Shown here: positions 47,870 through 60,100 of the stretch, in pieces | How the letters are laid out: each line of letters starts with the position of its first letter | How positions within the stretch are numbered: the stretch's first letter is position 1 | DNA from: Massalongia carnosa | Taxonomy: Eukaryota | DNA length: 64,000 bases | NCBI GenBank assembly: GCA_965645245.1 | Contig: OZ287071.1 | Coordinates: 2,790,001-2,854,000 of the forward strand | Direction: 5' to 3' | Program-made: the position numbers and the translations under genes | Notes under the pieces: model-generated | What the model was told of the DNA's origin: nothing | Seen by the model: only the letters and a program-made list of their open reading frames with translations | Databases searched by the model: none

Positions 47870-50800
47870 TGTCAAATGTCAGCTATACTAGCATTAACCA
47901 ACATTGGTCAACGGGCCCGTCACATGCCCGTCACATGACATTGCCACCGCGGCACAGGTAAAAATTCTTCATCCCCCACATTCTTTCTTGCTTCGGAGAC
48001 ATCTCTTGATCTATCCCCTGGCGGCATACCTAGCTAGAAAATCATTTATTGATCAATGCCATTCATTTCACCTCATCTGGTCAAGACGTAAATCATCTCA
48101 ACTGATCATTAGGGCAAAAAGCCTCAGAGCATACAATTGCGGCCGTAAAACAAGCTGAGAGAGAGATTCCTGGTCGTGTTCCGCCGTCTGCTGCTGCGGG
48201 TCCGTTAGCGCCCTCTAGCTCAGGTACTAGTCCAAAAGGGTCACTTAATCCTAGATTAAGTGACCGAGGAAGATCTATTGTTCCAGGCACCGAGCCTTCT
48301 GTTACTGCGCCTATCCGGTCACACCCACCAGTCGGCGAGCTACTCCTACACTATTCTCTGAACATTCATCGCCGTTGACAGAGTTTTCTAATACGCCGCC
48401 TTTCAATCGTTCACCAAACTCACCGCGTGTGGCCACTCCTCTTGTGGGGGGTGAGTTTACGCCGGCGAGAAGGCAAGTATTGGGACACAGGTCCCGTCAT
48501 TCTATTGGGTCACCACTGAGGCCGGGGAGTTGTGCGCCGGACACGGGGGGAAAGATACTGGGGGAAGCGAAGGGACAAGAAGAGGACGAGAGATGCGCAT
48601 ACACGGCACCAGAAGAGTGGGTAGCAGACCTGGAGGGGGAGGGGAATCGAGCTCCACCCGGAGTATCGAGCTCCTTTCCTTCCATCAGTATGGATCCATA
48701 GGTTTGTGTGTTCGTCACGTGAATATGCTTGCTGCCCTATTCGGACTAAAAACTCCTATCGAACCTAAGGAACAGGTGAGGCGGTTAGCAAGGTTGTGGG
48801 CAGATAGGAAGAGAGGTGTGGACCGCTTGCGGTCCATGCCCGAGACGGACACGTGGTGGGACTTGGGAGCGCCGCCGACTGGGTGGGCGGATAGTACAGG
48901 CAGACATTGATGCCAGGGGACGGCATCAATGGGGGTCTGTGGGTGTGTGATAGGGTGAATAGGGACAAGGGCAGGTGCTGAGGGGAGGGGGGGGATTGGT
49001 GTGGACGGAACGGAGGGGAGGTTTTTCCGGGGCTGAGGCGCCCATTTTTCTATAGATAGGGGAAGTTTCACCCTCTAGACAGACAGGCAATCAACATTTT
49101 TCTTTCCTTCAGAGTCAGTATTCGTGTCCGAGTGACAGTGTCAGAGTGGCCGAGTCGTCACCGCCAACGTTCTGTTTGTTGTTTTCACGTGTGTTCCTTG
49201 TTTGCTTTCTGCCGGTCTTCTCTCCTTGAGGTCATCACGTATGCACCACCCACGACTACCTCTCTTCACCACCTTCTCAGGTTTCTTACTCTCCGATGAC
49301 GATGACGAGGCGACGAGCGACACACAGATGTTGGATGTAGGCCGAAAGGTCAACAATGCAATAGGTGCCAGCGAATCAACTCCCAGCGAAGTAACCCCTA
49401 GGAAGGGCCGAAAGGTCACTACTAGAGATGAAACTACGGAGACAAGGAAGTCTCGGTCTGGCCGAACGATAAGGCCTACACAAAAGGCTCAAGATCAAGA
49501 TCTGATAGTACATCTCAGCAAGCTGCTAGACCTTGACTGGGAACACAACTCGGAGGAAAAAGCAAATGCATTCCTGACAAACATCGAATGCGAGGAGGAC
49601 GGCCATGACGCAGACGACGACCCATACACAATCTTGACTTCGAGGCTCATTCAGGCCAACGCCCAAAGTAAAGGAGACTACGTCCTTGCCACCCAATTAG
49701 ATGTCGAAGAACCTGAGTCATACAACATGGCAATGCAATGCCCCCACGCCTCGCAGTGGGCACAGGCAATGAAAGAAGAAATAGACTCCCTACACGAAAA
49801 CAAGACCTGGGTTCTCATACCAAAGAACGAGATGGAGTCAGGTCATCGACCTCTGGGGGGGAAGTGGGTGTACAAGGTCAAGCGTGATGTCGAAGGCAAG
49901 GTATCTAGATTCAAAGCCAGATGGGTTATCAAAGGGTATCTACAACAGTTTGGTGTTGATTGTTAGATGAGACAGCCATCCTATGTGCCGTGCCAGACGG
50001 CAACATAACGGCTTGGGAATAACGTCTCAAGTGATCCGCACACGGCTAGGTAATGAGGTGGTACGGCAGGGAGATTCAAGGCAAACCTGCCCTGCCGCTG
50101 TGCCTGCTCTCTATCTTATTCATCTCTCATCTATCTAGCTATATAAACATAGTAGATAGCCACCTAGATAGAATAATCAATCCTTCCCACACATACTATT
50201 ACCTACCTATTTAACTCAACAGGTTATGAGTCCCGGGTTTGCGCTTTGCGCCCCTCCGACGGCATCCTTCATGCATAGACTACGTACTATCATGTCGTAT
50301 CAAGAAGATGATGAGGTGAAAGTTCAGACGTGGAAAGCGTGAAAACGAAGCGGAAACGACATCGAAAGGGATGAGAAACGAAGCGGAAACGAAGCGGAAA
50401 CGTCATCGAAAGTGGTGTACGTACGAAACGTGCTGAGGAGGACATCTACAACGGGCGGTGCCTCGAAGACTTCACATCTTGCATTACTGGTCAGATCAGC
50501 AAGGGGAGATAAAAGCCCTGCGATCAGGCCACCAACGTCAATGGTCTGCGGGAAAATGTCTCACAGAGACATCGAGAAAAGCCCTGCTCAGGCCATCAAT
50601 AAAACACGTCAATAGTACTCTTCCCATCCACCCATACACTCACAAAAGCTACGTTTCGAGAGATGGTTATGGGTTTAATGAGGCTACAAAGCAGGACAAC
50701 AAAAGACATAAGCTAGTTCGTGTCAATCTCGTTATATTGCTACTAAGTATGTTTGGGCTATTGCTCACAGCCCCCGGCCTCGAGAGGGGGACTCGATAAG

Positions 50801-51439
50801 GGCCTTGCTGTCTACTAATGTAAGACCCTCTCGCAGGCCTTGGGCTGTGAACAGACTCCCTCTATCTAAGCGACAGAAGAACTGGAGTGGGTGGGTGGGA
50901 AAGAAAACGTTGCAAACAGTGCTATCAAAATGCTATGCTTTTTGATTGTCTTGAGATGTGAGATGATGAGGGATACCGTCTGGGACCTCCTCTTTATATA
51001 TCTTCTTCCTATTCTCCTTGTCCTACTCTACCATCCCAGTATGCCCCATCAACGCGGCCCATAGCAAGGCATACACAAATCCGAAACCTAACTGTCGTCC
51101 GAAGGATCGATGCGGTGCTAAGATCTCTATGCCGTGCTGAGACATCCTTATGGTGCTGAGACATCTATGCCGTCCGAGAGATCCATGCGGTGCCGAAATC
51201 AAAGCGGGAGCTGTCTCGATTAACGACGCACTAGCTCTCAGCATAGCCGAACTAGCTAGTTCGTGTCAATCTCGTTATATTGCTACTAAGTATGTTTGGG
51301 CTATTGCTCACAGCCCCCGGCCTCGAGAGGGGGACTCGATAAGGGCCTTGCTGTCTACTAATGTAAGACCCTCTCGCAGGCCTTGGGCTGTGAACAGACT
51401 CCCAATCCCCAACATGGAACGACCCGCTTGCGGTGTTGT

Positions 51440-52495
51440 TCAGGACCTAGTGACTGGATTGTGAGGTTCCGTGGGTAATGTTTGAAGGCGTTTTGAGGCG
51501 TTAAGAAGGTAAGTGGGGTGGGTTTGTATGTAAAGCTTGTATGCGTCTGACTTCCATCTTCCTAGCATCTGAATCTCGTCTTCGGTGAGTCCTGCCCGTC
51601 GCGCTGTTGTTGCCGCACCTCTTCTGAACGAGTGGCCAGAGAAATTTCCTATATAGCCCAAGTTCCTTAAGGTGGATTTCATCGCTGTTGTAATGTAGTC
51701 TCGAGTGAAGGACTGACCGTTTTTAAAGAGTGGTGCGGCCGGAGAACTTGGGAATCGCCTATATAAATTTGTAAGAGAAGCTAGTGCACAAGCAACATCG
51801 TTGGTAGCCGCAATTGTCAGTGTTATGCCTCGGCGAAAGGGATCGGTTTTGGAGACTGGTAGAGAGAGCTGTAGGTGATCTGCTTCGAACCTAATAGATT
51901 TTCTGGTGAGGTGCCATTGATCAAAGCTTGGGTCTAGTACATCTTGCGTTGTGTAAGTAAATTCTCCGGCTCGTAAGAAGCCTGCAAACGCTAAGCAGTA
52001 CGCCGCATGTAAATTTGCGCCTTTCTCTTTCGTTTGATCAAGACGACTTAGCAATTTGATTAAGATCTCTCTAGTAATTGGTAACCTTTCACGTTTCTCG
52101 GCTTCACCGTTCTTTCGCTTTATGCCAGTAAGGATGCGATCTAACACCGGGTGATGAAATACGTCGAGATTACCGAGGCCCATATCTATCTGGCATGATC
52201 TTATGCCCGTCAAGTAGCTCTTAATAGTTTTTGGTTGCAGGCGTCGTTCACCCAACGCTGCGATCCACGAAGACAGCGTCCGGATGTTGGCTGGAAATGG
52301 TGGCGCGTTGAGGTTTACCCTACAGTAAAGAACGTATCCCTTTCTTGCCGTTGTGTATAAAGATCTTGTCTTAGTGGCCAGGCCCCACCAGAGGTATCGT
52401 GCTGCGATTTCGTCTAGAGGTACCTCACTGTACCAAGATGGGGGTGGATCGCGTCCTATATTGCTGAGGGTAGAGCCTGAAACTGAGGGATTTTG
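51440..52495 (-). CDS. Tyrosine recombinase; frame overlaps the end of the RT ORF and has no N-terminal ATG
   Basis: FLRAGEF, SKTDPFRRG, GHSFRRGAAT, GRWKSDAYKLY catalytic set. Confidence 0.93.
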   Translation of the reverse strand, partial: QNPSVSGSTLSNIGRDPPPSWYSEVPLDEIAARYLWWGLATKTRSLYTTARKGYVLYCRVNLNAPPFPANIRTLSSWIAALGERRLQPKTIKSYLTGIRSCQIDMGLGNLDVFHHPVLDRILTGIKRKNGEAEKRERLPITREILIKLLSRLDQTKEKGANLHAAYCLAFAGFLRAGEFTYTTQDVLDPSFDQWHLTRKSIRFEADHLQLSLPVSKTDPFRRGITLTIAATNDVACALASLTNLYRRFPSSPAAPLFKNGQSFTRDYITTAMKSTLRNLGYIGNFSGHSFRRGAATTARRAGLTEDEIQMLGRWKSDAYKLYIQTHPTYLLNASKRLQTLPTEPHNPVTRS

Positions 52496-54027
52496 TCAGC
52501 CAGTTTCTTCAAAAGTCCTCTAGACAAGAGATCAGCAATATAATTTTCTTTGGATGATATCCATCGCGCTTCTATCTGGATATCATGTAATGCAGCTAGC
52601 ATTGTAATTGCCCGCAGGGCATGCATTGCTTGGCCTCGTATAGAGGTTTTATTCACTCCTTTCGTGACAGCGTAGCTATCACAATAGAGGATTAAATGAC
52701 TACCCTTGCATATAGGTAGCCACTTTTTCATAGCTTGAAGAATTGCTGTCATTTCTTTGACGTTGATATGCTTTGCCCTAAGGCGCGTAGTAAAGCGTGT
52801 GCTAAAAGCCTGCCGGGCTGCTTGTATATTATGCAAATTTTGATCCTCGCTGAGGATAAAGCCGCCCATACCATATGAGCCGGACGCATCTGTCCATATT
52901 CTCATAGTATGTCTAGTACGGTTGAGCAGATGTATGCCATTCCATTTAGGTAGGAAATGATGCCACCATAGAAGATCAGCCCTCATGTCCTTGTTAAGAT
53001 GGATTAGTTTAGAGGTTACGCTTGCCGTAGCATTGAAAAGACGGCGTAGAAAGGCTCTTCCTGGTTTTACCACTCTGGCTGCAAAGCATAAGAATCCTAG
53101 AAGAGAGTCGAGTTCCTTCCTGGGTATGGCTTTTTTATTCAAAGCTGCCGATACTAGGGTCTTTGCTTTTAGTAACTTTTCGGAAGGCAAGCGTGCTTCC
53201 ATGAGCGCGGTATCGATTTCAATGCCGAGGAAATCGCAAGTCGTTCCAGTTCTGTTCTTTTCGAGCTTGATTTTCATGCCAAGATCTTTACAAATGTTGT
53301 GGAAAACTTGATCAAACTTTTCAGCATCTGGTCCGGTGCTGACTATTATTAAAAAATCATCCAAGTAATGAATAGCGTCTTTCCAACCACAGTTGTACAA
53401 TATCCAGTTGATACCCTTCGCGAACAGATCAAAAAGGAACGGCGACGTTCTCAGCCCAAAGGGTAAGTATTTATCCATCCAAAAGGAATCCTGCCACTTG
53501 AAACCTAGTAACCACCAATCGCTTTTTGCTACTGGTATGTGGCGAAAAGCGTCCGCAAAGTCTCTTTTAATAAGAATACACCCTGGCCCGCGTTGCTCAA
53601 TCAACCTAATGGCTTCGTCGAAGCTGGTATATTCCAGGGAGCCCCAGTCTTCCGGTATGTGGTCGTTGACTGAGCTACTCTCCGGATACGATAGATGATG
53701 GATTCGCCGCCAACCACCGTTAGCCTTTGGTACAAGGCCTAATGGGGAACATATAAAGCAAGAAGGAATGTTGTTGACTTTCTCCAACCGATTACTAGCT
53801 ATTTGTTCTTCGAGGTCATTGGTAAGAACTTCCGGTGCCTCATTTGCAGAGGCAAGATTATCGCTAATAATGAGTTGATGTGGTCCTGTATAACCAACTT
53901 TGGCACCGTAGGTGATGATATCGATAATTGTTTGTGTGTAAGTGCGATCCGGGTGATTGGCCAAATGTTTCTCCCAGCCTTCTTTCTTCAATGGGCCCGG
54001 TGGGATCTTTGTTAGATTGTCCGTCAA
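52456..54027 (-). CDS. DIRS/Ngaro reverse transcriptase-RNase H
   Basis: WRRIHHLSYP, DFADAFRHIP, LPFGLRTSP, HYLDDF, TDASG, HINVKEM, NYIADLLSR. Confidence 0.95.
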   Translation of the reverse strand: MTDNLTKIPPGPLKKEGWEKHLANHPDRTYTQTIIDIITYGAKVGYTGPHQLIISDNLASANEAPEVLTNDLEEQIASNRLEKVNNIPSCFICSPLGLVPKANGGWRRIHHLSYPESSSVNDHIPEDWGSLEYTSFDEAIRLIEQRGPGCILIKRDFADAFRHIPVAKSDWWLLGFKWQDSFWMDKYLPFGLRTSPFLFDLFAKGINWILYNCGWKDAIHYLDDFLIIVSTGPDAEKFDQVFHNICKDLGMKIKLEKNRTGTTCDFLGIEIDTALMEARLPSEKLLKAKTLVSAALNKKAIPRKELDSLLGFLCFAARVVKPGRAFLRRLFNATASVTSKLIHLNKDMRADLLWWHHFLPKWNGIHLLNRTRHTMRIWTDASGSYGMGGFILSEDQNLHNIQAARQAFSTRFTTRLRAKHINVKEMTAILQAMKKWLPICKGSHLILYCDSYAVTKGVNKTSIRGQAMHALRAITMLAALHDIQIEARWISSKENYIADLLSRGLLKKLADKIPQFQALPSAI

Positions 54028-54072
54028 GGTGTATGGAAAGGACTCCGCGATGGATAAGAATGGGGCGGTTAG

Positions 54073-55088
54073 TCATTGCCTTGATGGGAGAGGCATCGAA
54101 TTTGGGTTAGAGGGTTGATTTTTTCCATTTGTACAGTCCATCGCCCGATGTTGCTTTCCACATTTCTCACACACATGTTGGAATCTACAATATACGGGAC
54201 AGTCTTTGCCATAGTTGTATTTCTTACAGATAATCTTTTCGCCTGAGGTTTTGAAAGCCGTAGAATTATCGTCCGGTTTTGCAAAGTAAGCGGACGGTTT
54301 CCGCACAAGATGCCTTTCCAAGGAATGGTCCATTTCTTTCCATCCATCCGGGTTGTCAATCCCGCGAAAGGCTCGAGATTTGTGGAAATTCAAATGAAAG
54401 ATGCGAACCGAGTCCCAGGTGTAGAAGGCGTATAATGATAGAAGATGGTCCTGATAAGCCATGAAGGCTCTCATCAGGTTTATCTGGAGACCGGGGTGTG
54501 CAAAGTGTAGTAGTATCATCCAATATACCCCGAGACATCGTATCAAATGAACTATCCCTTTGATATCTTTTAAGGAGCCATCTTCTTCTCTCGTGGCGAT
54601 TTCCAGACCTTCTCCGAGTTTGACGTATCTAGAGTTGGTTTGAACTCCGTCGATGTCGGTACATAGCTTGGTAATGTTGATTGGGTCAAACGTATTCTCG
54701 GAGATTTGCTTTATCCATATGGGCTTGATAGTGGGATATTCGTTCATAAGAGAAACAAAACGAGGATCCATACCTTTCTTTCTCTTTCCTCGGCTTCCCT
54801 GCGGGACATTTCGCGTTGTGCTCTAAGTTCAATAATGTCATCAGGGGTGCGAGAACGGGTTTCCGGTATAACAGGCCCTTGTGAGGAGGAATTAAACGCT
54901 GAAGATGGAAGAGGAGAAGGTTGAGGATGGCTTTGAAGGGTTGCCGTGCTGTCTTGTGAGTCGGGTACTTCGACGTCTGGGTTGGAGTTGGCTAGATTTG
55001 CCCTAGCTCTAGTTCTAGTACGGGCTAGAGTGCTGCCTTGTGTGCGGGAGGTAGGCTTGGTGATTCTGTTGGAGATGCGGGTGGCCAT
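54073..55088 (-). CDS. Ngaro Gag-like ORF1 in two frames, joinable by a possible 50-nt intron (~54773-54724) or a frameshift
   Basis: MATRISNR start at 55088; C-terminal Zn finger CKKYN...C...CRFQHVCEKCGKQHRAMDC. Confidence 0.75.
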
Positions 55089-57188
55089 TTTTGGAGGAGA
55101 GGGATTTGAATAGAGTAAATTTAAGTGTAGTGGTTGTATAAATTTGAATTGGGTGAAAAGAAAACGTTGCAAACAGTGCTATCAAAATGCTATGCTTTTT
55201 GATTGTCTTGAGATGTGAGATGATGAGGGATACCGTCTGGGACCTCCTCTTTATATATCTTCTTCCTATTCTCCTTGTCCTACTCTACCATCCCAGTATG
55301 CCCCATCAACGCGGCCCATAGCAAGGCATACACAAATCCGAAACCTAACTGTCGTCCGAAGGATCGATGCGGTGCTAAGATCTCTATGCCGTGCTGAGAC
55401 ATCCTTATGGTGCTGAGACATCTATGCCGTCCGAGAGATCCATGCGGTGCCGAAATCAAAGCGGGAGCTGTCTCGATTAACGACGCACTAGCTCTCAGCA
55501 TAGCCGAACTAGAAAGAACTACGTGCTTAGGGAAAATGGAGTCAGAGGGAGCTAGATTCGTTCCGCAAGGGGAGCGAATCGGACACAGCTGGATGAATCA
55601 CTTCGCAAGGGGAGTGATGAAAGCTGGATAGTTTCAATTTTGGAGGCGAAAGGGGAGCCACGCTCGAAGAGGAGTGTTGGAATACTCGCTTAGCCCCATT
55701 AGTTCGAGCTCAGCCCTGCAGGCTGCCATGACTGCTATAAGCAGTCACTTCCGTAGTAATTTCAACATTATGCCGTCAACTGTTTATTTAACATTGATTT
55801 CGATCAAACCTACGCATCCGTGGTGAAGCCAATGGCCTTCAGAACCCTGTTCGCCCTTGCCGCCTTCTTCGACCTGGACATCGACCAGATGGACGTAAAA
55901 ACGGCTTTTCTCTATGGCCTCATTGATCAACTGATATATATGGAGATTCCAAAGGGAACTGAGACAGAAGCCACAAAGAGTATGATTTGCAACTGTTGAA
56001 AGCTATCTACAGCCTCAAACAATCTCCCCGCCTCTGGTACGAACGCTTTTCAGCCTTCCTCCTCGAGAAACTAGGCTTGAAACGCATCCACGCAGACCAC
56101 AGTATATTCGTATCGGGTGCAGGGCTGAAAGGTCCCGTACTCAGCGTCTTCGTAGATGACATCAAGATTATGGCGCCAAAGGACAGTGGGATAATCAAGC
56201 GAGTCAAAGCAGAACTCACAGCTGCATTCTCTATGTCAGATATGGGTCCCATCAGCTTTTACCTAGGACTGAGAATAGATCAGGATCGAAAGCAACGAAC
56301 CATCAAACTGTCTCAACCGGCCTACATCGAAAAAGTGTTGGAGAGATTCCATCTCGACAAAGCCAACCCCGTCAACACCCCGATGAAAGAATCTGTGCCA
56401 CTCTCCCAACGCGAGAAAGGAGAAGCCTCACCACCAGAAAAGGAGAGATACCAAGGAATGACGGGGTCCATAATGTTCTCCATGGTAGACACCAGACCAG
56501 ATATTGCATTCGCCACGTCCTTCGTAAGTCGCTTTGCCAAGAACCCGAGCCATCAGCACACCGAAGCAGTCAAAACCATCCTCAAATACCTCAAGGGCTC
56601 GAAACATCGAGGCATAACCTATGGGGGGGATGAAGAACTGAAAATCGAAGGCTATTCGGACTCGGATTGGGCAGGTGACAAGGACAGCCGGAAGTCAACA
56701 TCCAGTTTCATCTTTATGCTGAACGGGGGACCGATAAGCTGGTGCTCTAAAAGGCAATTAACAGTTGCTCTCTCTTCCACAGAAGCGGAATACATTGCAC
56801 TCACGCTGGCCGCCAAAGAAGCCACCTGGCTTCGTCTACTCCTCACAGAGCTTGGGGTGTTGGAAGCGGACCAATAGCATGCTGAGATCAAGGTCTCCAA
56901 CAAGAACTCGTGCGTACAAGCGATCAACAGAGACCTCAACAGCCTCAAGCCCAGCGACGGAGACCCCACTGTTTCACTCAAAGGTGACAACCAAGGATCT
57001 CTTGCTCTGGCACACAACCCAGTATTCCATGCCAGGACCAAACACATCGATATCCAGCACCATTACATCCGAGACGAGGTGGAGGCAAAGAGAATCGAGT
57101 TAACCTACGTGCCAACTGGGGAGATGATCGCCGACGGCCTGACGAAGACCCTAACGCACGCAAAGGTTCCACACCTTTGTCGGACAGA

Positions 57189-60100
57189 TGTCAAATATAT
57201 AAGGGTCAAAAGGCATAATCAGGGAATTGGGTAGATGTTGATTGTATGGTGGAGGATGTGGAAAAAGTGGGAATCTATCTAAGGGGGGAGGCCACGTGTC
57301 TAGTCGGGCCGGAATAACCCTTCGGATATATCAGCCTGAGTTACCACTGATGTTTAGGATTAGTTATCCTATAATTTGACACCCCCCCTCAGATCTAGAA
57401 ACACCGTTTATAGATCTGGAATCAGTCCAGTATAATCCCTTATATTCCTCATCTTGATGCTTTGTCCTCCGAAACACGCCACCTGAACGCCCGATTGTGA
57501 ATGCATTAGACGATTTTTCAAACTTTCCATCTTTCGTATCGAGTCCAATCTTTCCGATATGTTCACCAATCCTATCAATCTTATGAATCCCTCATGCTTC
57601 TGCCTTGATAAGGCCTTCGTCAATCCGTCCGCCGGCATCTTAGCTGTGGCCAACCATCTTATCGACACCCTACCGGCCTGATATTCCTGTCTCAACCAGT
57701 GATTATGTATGTCCACATGGCGAAGCCGAGTTTGAAGCTTCATATCCTCACTAGTTATCAAGTTGATAGTCTGTTTGTTGTCGCAGTCGATGATCACCGG
57801 TCCCTCCAGTCTCACCTTGATGGCCTTTAACAGTCATCTTAGATACATTGCTTCTTTGGTGGTGTCCGACAAGGCCAGCAATTCGGCCTCAGTGCTCGAT
57901 GTGGTCACCGTCGCCTGTTTCCTTTCTTTCCATGCAACCGGTCCTCCGAACAGCGTCATTATATATCCTTGAGAACTTTTCCTATCCTTGTTGTCCGCGA
58001 AGGACGCGTCGCTAGCACATAGGAACCCTTGTATCCCCTCCTCTTGTTATCCTTCATATTGAATCGCCAGGGTTTTGGTGGTGTATAGGTATTCTAGGAC
58101 TCGCATCGCTGCCTGGTGATGTTCATCGGAAGGATTTATGGAGAATTGGGATAGTTTGGACACCGTGAATGCGATATCTGGTCTGGTGGTTATGGCTGCG
58201 AATAGGGCTGTTCCTATCCTTTGTTGATATAAGTGAATGGACTGATGGGAAGCTTTGTTTTCTGAGACTGTATATTGAGTTGATATCATAGGAGTATCTG
58301 GTAGTTTCTTATCTAGTTGAACATCGAATTTATTAGCCATCTTATCAATATAGGCCTCTTGGGATAGCCATAGAAGTCGTTTAGACCTATCTCTTATGAC
58401 TCTGATTCCTAAGAACCATTCGATTTCCCCCAGTGATTTCATGGTGTATATTGAACATAAATGCTCGATGGCTTTCAAGGCCTGATCATCGATCGATTTG
58501 TGGTAACAAAATACCGTGTCATCTACATAATAGAATACTAGGATTCCGCCTCTCATCATTATACATGATTCTTGAGGTATGGCCCTAAATTTCATGGATT
58601 GAAATGTTTTTGACAGACGCTTCTGCCTTAGACATGGTGACCGTCTCAGGCCGTAGAGTGCTTTTCTCAGTCTTAACACATATTTTTGTTTTAGACCACA
58701 TCTCTGATTTAACCTCTTCCACCTTTGAGATTTACTGTCCGGGACTATACCGATTCAAGGGTGATCAGTCCTTGTCGACTAGTTCTCCAGAGTGGTTTCT
58801 CACCTAGACTGGCCGCGTTTTCTCTTGGGTGTGAAGGCCTTCCTTTTACAGAAGTCATCATTTCACCAGGGGTCGCCGCTGTTTGGTCTTCTGATAGAGT
58901 CGTCCTCTTTTCAGTGCCCGCCCGCTCGACGGCGAATGCGAATGCCTACCTGTGAATGGATAATATGGTGGAATACGTATGTATACCACCTCGTCCAGCG
59001 GCCAGTTGACAAATGCATTTACTGCGTCGAGTTGTCTAGTTTCTAGATCATACTTCGCAACTAACGCCATCATGGACCTGAATGCTGAGCTGGCCAAAGT
59101 GGTCGCTCGTGTTGGTAGTTCCCCAACCTCTTGTTGATTCCCACATACTACTAATCTAGCTTTGCATTTTACCAAATAGCCATCACTGTCTGTCTTGTAG
59201 GTGAAAACCCACATGCAGTCCAGCACTTGATGTCTTATGGTATGCTTGCTTTCGACTAGTTCAAACGTCTCCATCTTCTCATGCTCACCGAGATGTTCTC
59301 TGATGGCATCGATGAAGTGAGACTCGAACATGTGACCCTCCAGGTCACGTATGGTTTTGGGAGGTGGGGGTAGATTCAACTTATGGAACTTACTGAACAA
59401 CCGACCAGCGGCAAATGCCCCGAGTTCTGATGGTTGGATGCGTGGTGCTTCTTTAGTGATATAGATATTATCGTCGAAGTCACATTGAAAGCAGCTTGCC
59501 TCATGTATATCTTCAATTTCTAACCGAGCATGAAGTGCCATGGCTAATTCGTCATCCTCATCTGGTGGTGGTGTTGGTAATCCACGTTCTTGTTCCTCTG
59601 CTTGGCGTAGATCCTCGATCAATTTGTCTGGTCTATCAAGCCTATCGACGTCAGATATATCCTCTGCTTCATCATTATGATACTCCAGTATCTCCACATC
59701 TTCCTCTAAGATGCCTTCATTTATTGCTTCAGCCACTGGCAACTCGATCCTATTTATGATGGTCTCTCTCTCTACTTCAGACGTTCCTTCTTCGGGTAAC
59801 TGTCCTTCGTAGAATCTGGACTCATCGAATATCACGTCTCGTGTGGAGATGACACCATGTCTTTCTGGTATCCACACTCTAAAGATATTCGTCGATTGGT
59901 ATCCTACCAGGTGTCCTATATATGCACGGGGTTGGAGTTTCTGTCGTCTGTTCTTATGAAGTTGAGCGTCCTCAGTCATCGCATATGCTCTGCAGCCATA
60001 GGCCTTTAAATGGGCCAATTGAGGTTTTGTTTTGTAGAATGTTTCGAACGGTGATTTCCAGGACTGAGCCTCTCTAGGAGTCCTATTATGTAAATACGTT

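Larger units (their letters stand above)
50711..55512 (-). mobile_element. Ngaro-type tyrosine-recombinase (DIRS order) retrotransposon, apparently intact
   Basis: Split direct repeats A1 55157-55512, B1 51254-51403, A2 50900-51255, B2 50711-50860; gag, RT-RNase H and YR ORFs; no TSD, shared AG at both junctions. Confidence 0.93.
49961..55793 (+). mobile_element. Non-autonomous copia-derived insertion with dissimilar ends (~1 kb without the nested Ngaro)
   Basis: TSD TTGAT (49956-49960, 55794-55798). LTR 49961-50221 followed by PBS GGTTATGAG. PPT GAAGAGGAG followed by a different TGTTGG...AACA block, 55675-55793. Confidence 0.75.
47870..57188 (+). mobile_element. Decayed Ty1/copia with an internal deletion, split at 49960/55794 and cut at its 3' end
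   Basis: Probable LTR ~47870-48099 (its link to the pol region is uncertain). RT start 49202-49960 (RFKARWV..GVD) resumes as FDQTYAS at 55799. FVDD, YSDSDW, RTKHIDI up to 57188. Confidence 0.75.

Noticed and set aside
48530..49071. Possible decayed DIRS RNase H or YR
   Set aside because: Only scattered residues match; no catalytic motif is recoverable
51440..52495. Starship captain, Crypton or phage integrase
   Set aside because: Linked to RT-RNase H and split direct repeats, which identifies a DIRS-order retrotransposon YR
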